From positions 1-33,633 of the forward strand of contig CAYMQR010000003.1 of NCBI GenBank assembly GCA_964392195.1: a stretch of DNA of 33,633 nucleotides, in the 5' to 3' direction. How positions within the stretch are numbered: position 1 is the first letter of the stretch; every line of letters begins with the position of its first letter. Below the pieces are notes generated by a model that did not search any database, was not told where the DNA came from, and worked only from the letters and a program-made list of their open reading frames with translations. A program made the translations under genes and the position numbers. Below, piece after piece: positions 17,000 through 24,297 of the stretch. Origin of the DNA: an uncultured bacterium (GTDB lineage Bacteria; JADJOY01).

Positions 17000-18748
17000 G
17001 TGGGCCAGCGGTCCCCCACCGCCTCCCATCTCGTGGATTCCTCGTCGCCGGCCGACCTCGACTGCCTGTTCGTTCACGTCCCCAAAGCGGCGAACCACTA
17101 TCTGCCGCTCGGGGATTTCTTCAACGTGACGTACATGCCGATGGGCCTGCCGGCGCTGGCCGACTGGGCCAACCGCGCCGGCTTCCGGACCGAGATCGTG
17201 CACCTCGGGGTGGAGTGGATCCGCGATCCCGGCTTCGACCTGTTGCGCTGGCTCGACGGCCGCACGGTCCGCGCGTTCGGTCTCCCGCTCTACTGGCACT
17301 ACCAGAGCTACGACGTCATCGAGACCGCGCGCCGGCTCAAGGCGCGCTGCCCCGACTCGTTCGTGTTTCTCGGCGGCCTCACCGCGGGCTACTTCGCGGA
17401 GCAGATCCTGACGCTGGTGCCCGAGATCGACGCGGTCCTCCAGGGACCCGCCGAAGGCGCGATCGTTCCGCTGCTGGAACGCGTGCGCGCCGGCGACGCG
17501 ACCGCGCCCGTCGACGCCTGGGTGCGGGACGCCGACGGCCGGCCGGTTCGCAGGCCGCCGAGCACGACGCGCCCGCCGCTCGACGAGCTCGTGTACGCGA
17601 ACCTCGGCATGATGCGAGGCGCGGACACCTACGCCCAGCTCTTCGGGTTCCCCCTCGCCTACTCCACCGAGCTGCATGCCACCGAGAATCGCGCCCGGCT
17701 CTCCGGCGGGCTAGGGAAGTTTCCGCTCTTCATCGGGCGCGGCTGTCCGTGGAGCTGCACGTTCTGCGGTGGCAACCGCGACACCTTGCGGCGCGTGAAC
17801 GGCACCGCTCACCCCGAGTGGCGCTCCCACGACCGGGTTCTCGCGGACATCCGCCGCGCGATGGGCCACGGCTACCGGGTGGTGTCGACGTGCTTCGATC
17901 CCATTCCCGAGCGCGATGGGTACTTCGTCGACCTGTTCGAGCGGATCGCGCGCGAACGCCTCGACGTCGACTGGTACTTCGAGTGCTGGGGACTGCCGAC
18001 CGAACGCTTCGTCCAGGCGTTCAAGCGAGCGTTCCCCGGTCCGCTCTCCACCATCGCGCTGTCACCCGACGCCGGGAACCAGGCGGTACGGCGCGTGAAC
18101 AAGCAGCCCTACTACGACGACGACGCGCTCTACCGCACGATGCGGATCCTCGAGTCCGCCGAGGTCGCGACCGACGTCTTCTACACGCTCGCGCTTCCGG
18201 GCGAGACGCTCGCCGCGGCCAACGACACGCGCGACCAGATGGCGAGAGTACGGGGGTACCGCAACGCCCGGCGGGTGATGGTCTGGACCGTGCAGCTCGA
18301 GCCGGGTTCACCGCAGTTCGAGCGGCCCGAGGCGTTCCGGATGGAGACGGATCGTCGTTCGTTCCTCGACTACTACCGGGTCCACGGAGGAGCGCACGGC
18401 GACACCTATTCGAGCCTCGGCTTTAAGATCCGCGACTACTTCGGCGACTCCCGCGACGCCGGATCGATCGCCGACTTCGAGACGCGCGTCCAGGCGTACA
18501 AGTGCGCCGACCTGTGCTTCCTCAGCGCCGACCCGCGCGAGCCTGTCGCCGCCGCGAGCGGCCGAGCGCACTGCCTCGAGCGCCGGCGCGAGCTGGCCGC
18601 GCGGCGCGGGTTGCCGCCCCCGGCGCGCACGCTCGGGCCCGGGTACGAGTACGCGGACGCATTCGCCGCCGAGGTCCCGCGCCGCGCGGGCCGGTTCCAC
18701 TGGGTGGCGCCGTCCACCGTTCCGCTCGGCGCCGGGGCGACGCCGTGA
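17000..18748 (+). CDS. B12-binding-type radical SAM enzyme, paralogue 3 (divergent)
   Basis: 582 aa. The N-terminal Rossmann-like domain (LFVHVPK...YMPMGLPALADWANRAGFRTEIVHLG, VFLGGLTAGYF) precedes CPWSCTFCGG. The start is GTG, behind a purine-rich leader. The C-terminal 100 or so residues show no recognisable motif. Confidence 0.78.
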   Translation: MGQRSPTASHLVDSSSPADLDCLFVHVPKAANHYLPLGDFFNVTYMPMGLPALADWANRAGFRTEIVHLGVEWIRDPGFDLLRWLDGRTVRAFGLPLYWHYQSYDVIETARRLKARCPDSFVFLGGLTAGYFAEQILTLVPEIDAVLQGPAEGAIVPLLERVRAGDATAPVDAWVRDADGRPVRRPPSTTRPPLDELVYANLGMMRGADTYAQLFGFPLAYSTELHATENRARLSGGLGKFPLFIGRGCPWSCTFCGGNRDTLRRVNGTAHPEWRSHDRVLADIRRAMGHGYRVVSTCFDPIPERDGYFVDLFERIARERLDVDWYFECWGLPTERFVQAFKRAFPGPLSTIALSPDAGNQAVRRVNKQPYYDDDALYRTMRILESAEVATDVFYTLALPGETLAAANDTRDQMARVRGYRNARRVMVWTVQLEPGSPQFERPEAFRMETDRRSFLDYYRVHGGAHGDTYSSLGFKIRDYFGDSRDAGSIADFETRVQAYKCADLCFLSADPREPVAAASGRAHCLERRRELAARRGLPPPARTLGPGYEYADAFAAEVPRRAGRFHWVAPSTVPLGAGATP

Positions 18749-19998
18749 GCGGCGCGCCAGCGCCGCGGATTCCGGACCGACGCGCCGTCCGCCTGGTCGA
18801 TGCCACGCTTCGCGAGGGCGAGCAGACACCAGGTGTGTGGCTCACGCCGGAGGAGAAGCTCACGATCCTCGAGCTCCTCGGCCAGACCGGGATCGCGCTG
18901 GTCGACGGCTGCTTCCCCGCCGTGTCGGAGGACGAGCGCCGGTTCCTCACGCTCGCCACCGCGCGGCGCGACCTGCCGACCGTCGCCGCCTCGCTGAGGC
19001 TGCGCCTCGAGGAGGTCGAGCTCGCGGCCGATTGCGGCTGCTCGTCGGTGTTCCTCATCGCGCCGGCGAGCGCCGCGCACCGCGAGCTCCGGCTCGGCGG
19101 CGGGCGCGACGACGTCGAGCGCCTCGTCGCCACGCTGGTGGCGCGCTGCGAGGCACTCGCGATCGCGCCGCGCCTCGTGCTCGAGGACGCCAGCCGCGCC
19201 GATCCCGCCGACGTCGCGGCGCTCCTGCGCGCGGGACGAGCGGCGGGGGTCGGGTGCTTCTTCCTTTGCGACACCGTGGGTGTGTGGACGCCCCGGGCGG
19301 CGGCCGCAACGGTGGTCGAGGCCATCGCCACCCTCGGGCCGGGTGTCGAGATCGGTGTCCACTGCCACAACGACTTCGGGATGGCGACGGCGAACACCGT
19401 CGCGGCCATCGAGGCTGGCGCACGCTGCGTGACGGTCACCGTCAACGGCATCGGCGAGCGCGCGGGTCACGCGTCGCTCGCCGAGGTCGCGCTCGCGTGC
19501 ACGGAGATCCTCGGCGTCGACTGCGGCATCGATCCCGCCCGTCTCGCCACGCTCTCCGAGGTGGTCGAGCGGGCGACCGGAATTCCCGTGCCGGTGCAGG
19601 CCCCGGTCATCGGCCCGACGGCCTTCCGGCACGAGTCCGGGATGCATGTACAGGGCGTCCTGCGAGACCCGGCGACGTACGAGCCGATGGAACCCGCGCG
19701 CTTGCGACGGCACCGCGAGTTCGTGGTCGGGAAGCACACCGGACGCGCGCTGTTGCGCGCGATCGCCGACAAAAGGGGGCTGGTCGTCGACGAAGCGGTG
19801 CTGGCTCGCGCGCTCGAGCGGCTGAAGGAGGCGCGCCCGGCCGCGCGCGCCGCGGCCTTCGAGCGCTTCCGGCGCGAGCGCGATCGCTACCTGGCGCTCG
19901 CGCTCGGCCTGCCTCTCGATGTCGCCGAACGGTTGCTCCTCGAGTGCGGCGCCCGTCCCTCCCCGTCGACCGAGCCCGCCGCCCGCACGGCGGTCTGA
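18745..19998 (+). CDS. Homocitrate synthase / 2-alkylmalate synthase family enzyme (HMGL-like DRE-TIM), short form without a LeuA regulatory domain
   Basis: The ORF 18502..19998 was trimmed to GTG 18745 (GTGA overlap with the rSAM stop). Motifs seen: DATLREGEQ, VHCHNDFGMATANTVAAIEAGA, NGIGERAGHA and FRHESGMH. The length of about 417 aa matches NifV/AksA-type enzymes. Confidence 0.85.
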   Translation: MSGAPAPRIPDRRAVRLVDATLREGEQTPGVWLTPEEKLTILELLGQTGIALVDGCFPAVSEDERRFLTLATARRDLPTVAASLRLRLEEVELAADCGCSSVFLIAPASAAHRELRLGGGRDDVERLVATLVARCEALAIAPRLVLEDASRADPADVAALLRAGRAAGVGCFFLCDTVGVWTPRAAAATVVEAIATLGPGVEIGVHCHNDFGMATANTVAAIEAGARCVTVTVNGIGERAGHASLAEVALACTEILGVDCGIDPARLATLSEVVERATGIPVPVQAPVIGPTAFRHESGMHVQGVLRDPATYEPMEPARLRRHREFVVGKHTGRALLRAIADKRGLVVDEAVLARALERLKEARPAARAAAFERFRRERDRYLALALGLPLDVAERLLLECGARPSPSTEPAARTAV

Positions 19999-20007
19999 GC
20001 GGCACCC

Positions 20008-21312
20008 ATGCTGGTTGCGCGGACCCTCGTCGAGAAGATCCTCGCGCCTAGATCGCGCGGACCGGTGGTCACCGGAAGCCGCTACCACGCGATCGAGGTC
20101 GATCTCGTGCTCGCCCACGACGCCACGTTCACGCTCGGGATCGACCGCATCGAGCGCCTCGGCCTGCCGATGCCCGGCGCGCAGAAGCTGCTCTTCGCCG
20201 CCGATCACTTCGCGCCGCCGTCGAGCCCCGAGCGCGCCGCGATCCTGGGACGCTACGTCACCTTCCTGGGCGAGCGTGGATTGCCGCGTGACCAGCTCTT
20301 CCGTGGCATCAGTCACCAGCTCGCCGTCGAGGATCCACGGGCGGTCCCTGGGAGCGTGGTGGTCGGGGCCGACTCGCACACCACGATGATCGGCGCGCTC
20401 GGCTGCTTCGCGACGGGCTTCGGCACCACCGACATCCTGGCGGTGCTCGCCACCGGCACCGCCTTCCTGGAGATCCCCGCGTCGATCGAGCTCGTGGTGC
20501 GTGGCCAGCCGGATCCGGTGATCGAGGGGAAGGACCTCGCGCTCGAGATGCTCTCGCTGCTCGGCGAGGACGGGGGGCTCGGCCACGCGATCGAGGTCCA
20601 CGACCGTACCGCGGCCGGCATCGGCTTCGACGCGCGCTGCGCCATCACCAACCAGGCCGTCGAGGCGGGCGCGACCAGCGCGGCGTTCGTGCCCGACGCG
20701 GTCACGGCGCGGTATCTGGCCTCCCGCGACGGCGTCGAGACCCGTGATCTCGAGCGGTGGCGGCCCGATCCGGATGCGAGCTATGCCCGCACGCTCTCGC
20801 TCGACGCGTCGTCGCTGGCGCCGCGGGTCGCGCGACCTGGCTCGCCCGCGGACGTCGTGCCGGTCGCGGAGGTGGCCGGCGAGCCGATCCAGCAGGCGTT
20901 CGTGGGATCCTGCGCGGGTGGCCGTGTGAGCGAGATCGAGGCCGCCGCGGCCATCGTGCGGGGCCGCCGGATCGCCCCGGGCGTGCGCATGGTGGTCACC
21001 CCGGCGAGCGAGCAGGTGTGGCGCGCGACGTCGCGAAGTGGCGCTCTCGAGACGCTCAGCGAGGCCGGCGCGCTCGTCACCAACCCGTCGTGCGGAGCCT
21101 GCGGCGGGATCGACAAGGGCCTCCTCGCGGCCGGGGAGCTCTGCATCAGCACGTCGAATCGCAACGGTCCCGGGCGCATGGGGCACCGCGATGCCCGCAT
21201 CATGCTCGCCAGCGCCGCGACCGTGGCGGCCTCGGCCGTGACGGGACGCGTGACCGACCCTCGCCAACTCGCCGCCGCTGGGTCCGCCGTTCCCTCTCCG
21301 GTGCTCGCGTGA
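20008..21312 (+). CDS. Aconitase-family dehydratase large subunit (LeuC/HacA-like)
   Basis: 434 aa. GADSHTTMIGALG is present. The Fe-S ligand motifs are VGSCAGGR and NPSCGACGG. The size is that of the split archaeal-type large subunit. Confidence 0.88.
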   Translation: MLVARTLVEKILAPRSRGPVVTGSRYHAIEVDLVLAHDATFTLGIDRIERLGLPMPGAQKLLFAADHFAPPSSPERAAILGRYVTFLGERGLPRDQLFRGISHQLAVEDPRAVPGSVVVGADSHTTMIGALGCFATGFGTTDILAVLATGTAFLEIPASIELVVRGQPDPVIEGKDLALEMLSLLGEDGGLGHAIEVHDRTAAGIGFDARCAITNQAVEAGATSAAFVPDAVTARYLASRDGVETRDLERWRPDPDASYARTLSLDASSLAPRVARPGSPADVVPVAEVAGEPIQQAFVGSCAGGRVSEIEAAAAIVRGRRIAPGVRMVVTPASEQVWRATSRSGALETLSEAGALVTNPSCGACGGIDKGLLAAGELCISTSNRNGPGRMGHRDARIMLASAATVAASAVTGRVTDPRQLAAAGSAVPSPVLA

Positions 21313-21842
21313 GCACGCCGGTGCACCGAGCCCCCCGAGAGGCTGGCCGCCTGCGTGGGCGTGCGCTCGTGCTCGGCGAACACGTCAACGCGGACCTCCT
21401 GCATCCGCCCGCGTTCTTCTCGCTCGACGCGGCGCGTGTCCGATCCGGCTTTCTCGCCGGGCTCGGCTGGGAGGACCGGCCGGGCACCCTCGACAGCCGC
21501 TGGATCGTCGTGGCGGGGCGGAACTTCGGCTGTGGCTCGAGCCGCGAGACCACGGTGGACGCTCTCCGGCGTGGCGGCGTGGTCGCCGTCGTGGCGCCGA
21601 GCTTCGGGCGCATCTTCCAGCGCACGGCCACCGCGCTCGGGTTGCCATGCTTCACCACCGCCGACACGGCGACGCTCGCCTCGATCCAGCCGCACTCGCT
21701 GGTCGAGCTCGATCCGTCCGCGCCGTCTCTCGTCGCCGCTGAGCGTGGCCTCCGGGTCGCGCTCGACCGGCCAGATCCATTTCTCGAGGCGGTCCGTGAC
21801 GCAGGCGGGCTGCTCGAATGGCTCGGGCACCAGCGCCCATGA
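21309..21842 (+). CDS. Aconitase-family dehydratase small subunit (LeuD/HacB-like)
   Basis: The ORF 20757..21842 was trimmed to GTG 21309 (GTGA overlap). The GRNFGCGSSRE motif is present. The product is about 177 aa. Confidence 0.85.
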   Translation: MSTPVHRAPREAGRLRGRALVLGEHVNADLLHPPAFFSLDAARVRSGFLAGLGWEDRPGTLDSRWIVVAGRNFGCGSSRETTVDALRRGGVVAVVAPSFGRIFQRTATALGLPCFTTADTATLASIQPHSLVELDPSAPSLVAAERGLRVALDRPDPFLEAVRDAGGLLEWLGHQRP

Positions 21843-23149
21843 CGGCCATTCGAAGCGGGCGTCGCCCGTACGACTACGACGTCGCGGTGGTCGGGGCGGG
21901 ACCGGCCGGGCTTGCCGCTGCGATCCGAGCCCGCTGGCTCAAGGGGTTCGATCCATGGCCGAGCAGCGTCGTGGTCTTCGACCCAGGGCCTCTCGGCGGG
22001 CTCGGCCGCTGGGGCTCCTGCGTCCTGACCGGACCCGGGTGGTCACTCTCCGGCGCCGAGCTGACCGATCGTCTCGCGGCGGATGTCCGGGGCCTCGCCA
22101 TCCCGGTGCTCCGGGAAGCCGTGACGCGCGTGGTGCGGGACGGCCCGTATCTGGTGCTGCGTGCTGGCGACCGCGACGTGCGGACGCTCGCGATCGTGCT
22201 CGCCTCGGGCTTGAGGACCCTCGCGAACGAGGATCGGCACTTCCCCGACGGAGTGATCATCGCCATGAAGGGGCGGGCACACCTCCGATCGCTCGTCGGG
22301 CGCGCCATCGAAGCCGGCCGCAGGGACGGGTTGGTCGTGGTCGGGAACGCTCACACCGCGCTGCTCGTGCCGGTCTTCGCCGAGCTCGGCGGCTCGGTCC
22401 GGATCCGGTGGGTGGTCGAGCCCTCGACCACCGCCACCTCGAGCACCCACGGCGAGGTGCCCACCGCGCTTCCCCACCCCACCCTGCACGGCCGGCTGGT
22501 CGCGGTCGAGGGCGACGAGCAGGTGGCAGGCGTGACGATCGCGACCGCCGACGGCCCGGTCCACCTCCCCTGCAGCGGCGTCTTCATCGATTATCACGCC
22601 TTCGAGATCCGGCCCGCGGTGTCGGTCGAAGGCCTCGGCCACCTGGGCATCCGAGCCACCGGGGAAGGATTCGTGGAGACGGACTCGTGGAACGAGACGC
22701 GGGCGCCCGGCATCTTCGCCGCCGGTGACGTGACCGGTCGCTACGCCTCCACGCTCACCGCCCTCGGGGATGGAGTGAGCGCGGGGTTCGGCGCTCACCG
22801 CCACGCCTTCCGCGCCAAGTTCGGTGTCGAACCCGACCTGTTCGCCTACCGCGGCCTGGCGCGGCCGCTGGCGCCGGACGGGGAACGGGGGCCCGCGATC
22901 GCCGAAGACGACGTGCCGGTGCTCGTCGGCGTGGCGCACCGCGCCCGCGCGGTGCTCGAGCGTGTGTTGTCCCCGGCGGCGGCGAGCGAGGTGGTCGGCA
23001 CGATCGGCGCCCACGACTCGTCCGTTGCCGAGCTCCGTGCCCGGGCCGACCTGCCACGCGCCGTCCTCGAGGCCGCGCTGCGTGCGGGCATCCAGGCTCG
23101 CGAGATCGTCCTCCACCGCGAGCCAGCGCCCGCGAGCGCCGCACCGTGA
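21839..23149 (+). CDS. FAD-dependent oxidoreductase with a thioredoxin-reductase-like fold; lacks a CxxC redox pair and carries a C-terminal extension
   Basis: ATG 21839 forms an ATGA overlap with the upstream stop. FAD motifs are VAVVGAGPAGLAAA and GIFAAGDVTG. The second dinucleotide site reads LVVVGNAHTALL, a degenerate GxGxxG/A. No CxxC is found anywhere in the catalytic region. The last 110 or so residues have no motif I recognise. Confidence 0.7.
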   Translation: MTAIRSGRRPYDYDVAVVGAGPAGLAAAIRARWLKGFDPWPSSVVVFDPGPLGGLGRWGSCVLTGPGWSLSGAELTDRLAADVRGLAIPVLREAVTRVVRDGPYLVLRAGDRDVRTLAIVLASGLRTLANEDRHFPDGVIIAMKGRAHLRSLVGRAIEAGRRDGLVVVGNAHTALLVPVFAELGGSVRIRWVVEPSTTATSSTHGEVPTALPHPTLHGRLVAVEGDEQVAGVTIATADGPVHLPCSGVFIDYHAFEIRPAVSVEGLGHLGIRATGEGFVETDSWNETRAPGIFAAGDVTGRYASTLTALGDGVSAGFGAHRHAFRAKFGVEPDLFAYRGLARPLAPDGERGPAIAEDDVPVLVGVAHRARAVLERVLSPAAASEVVGTIGAHDSSVAELRARADLPRAVLEAALRAGIQAREIVLHREPAPASAAP

Positions 23150-24297
23150 GCCAGTCCCCCTCCGACGACCGGGTAGGCGACGAGCGCGGTCGGCTCACGC
23201 GGCGCGTGCTCGCGGCGATCCGGGTCGAGAGCACCGGATCGCCCGGGTCCGCCACCGATTGGAACTCCCTCGCGCTCGAGGTGTTCGCGTTCCAGTTCCG
23301 CGCGATGCCGGTGTTCGGCGGCTGGTGCGAGGCGCGGGGGATCGCGCCGGCGCGCGTCCAGACCCCGTGGCAGATCCCGGCGGTGCCCACCGAGGCGTTC
23401 AAGCATCTGCCGCTGTTCGCCGGCGACCCCGCCGACGTCACGCGGACGTTCCGCACCAGCGGGACGTCCAGCCTGGAGGCGCGCGGCGCCGCGCACTTCA
23501 GCTTGGCGGGTCTCGAGCTGATGGACGCGGCGATCGACGTGCGGGCCCGGCAGATGCTCTTCCCCGACCTCGATCGGACCCGGATCGTGGCCCTCGCCCC
23601 GCCGCCGGAGGCCGACCCGGAGCGCGTCATGGCGTACGGGATCCGCCGCCTCGTGACCACCTTCGGGAGGGATGCGGGAACCTTCCTCGTCGGTCCCGCC
23701 GGGCTCGACGTCGGCCGCGCCGTGGAGACGCTACGCGAGGCGTCCAGCGCGCGAGAGCCGGTCACCGTCGCGGGTGCGACATCGGCGCTCGCCGCGGTGC
23801 TCGCGTCCCTCACCCTCGCGGACGACGGCGTGAAGCTCCCACCCGGCTCGCGCGTCATGCACGCGGGCGGACAGAAGCGAGGGGCCGCGCCGGTGGAGCC
23901 CACGCGACTTCGAGAGGAGGTCGCTCGCTGGCTCGGCGTGCCCGAGACTCGCTGCGTGAACCTGCTCGGCATGACCGAGCTCGCGAGCCAGCTCTACGAC
24001 GATACGATCCGCGCAGCGGCCGCCGGCGCGCGGCCCCGGCGAGGCAAGGTGCCGCCGCCGTGGTGCCGGACCTGGGTCACCGATCCCGCGAGTCCCGAGC
24101 CCCTTCCGCACGGCGCCGTGGGCCTGCTTCGCCACCTCGATCTGGCCAATGTCGAGCGGCCCGTCTGCGTGCAGACCGATGATCTCGGTCTCACTTACGA
24201 CGACGGCAGCTTCGAGATCCTCGGGCGCGCCGCCGGCGCCGAGGCGCGCGGCTGCGCGCTCGACCTCGACGAGTGGCGATCCATGGCGGCACCGTGA
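23146..24297 (+). CDS. LuxE-family acyl-protein synthetase (carboxylate-activating, AMP-forming)
   Basis: GTG 23146 forms a GTGA overlap. It aligns by eye with Vibrio LuxE. IPAVPTEAFK...TFRTSGTSS corresponds to IPVFPTSVFK...WFTSSGTNG. VPPPWCRTWVTDPASPEPLPHGAVGLL corresponds to [27 protein letters not shown]. The C-terminal RGCALDL (Cys codon 24253-24255) corresponds to the acylated KGCALSL. Confidence 0.82.
   Translation: MSQSPSDDRVGDERGRLTRRVLAAIRVESTGSPGSATDWNSLALEVFAFQFRAMPVFGGWCEARGIAPARVQTPWQIPAVPTEAFKHLPLFAGDPADVTRTFRTSGTSSLEARGAAHFSLAGLELMDAAIDVRARQMLFPDLDRTRIVALAPPPEADPERVMAYGIRRLVTTFGRDAGTFLVGPAGLDVGRAVETLREASSAREPVTVAGATSALAAVLASLTLADDGVKLPPGSRVMHAGGQKRGAAPVEPTRLREEVARWLGVPETRCVNLLGMTELASQLYDDTIRAAAAGARPRRGKVPPPWCRTWVTDPASPEPLPHGAVGLLRHLDLANVERPVCVQTDDLGLTYDDGSFEILGRAAGAEARGCALDLDEWRSMAAP

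Noticed and set aside
18436-21267. 943-aa minus-strand ORF, the longest ORF in the window
   Set aside because: It runs antisense across three plus-strand genes (rSAM 3' end, homocitrate-synthase-like, LeuC-like) that each carry diagnostic motifs. Its product is Arg/Gly/Asp/Ala-rich low-complexity sequence. I regard it as a shadow ORF.
18745-21842. An ordinary leucine biosynthesis leuA-leuCD cluster
   Set aside because: The synthase is the short homocitrate-synthase type (TLREGEQ, no LeuA regulatory domain) and leuB is absent. The genes are also translationally fused into an operon with rSAM, LuxE and LuxC genes. I cannot exclude it without the whole genome.
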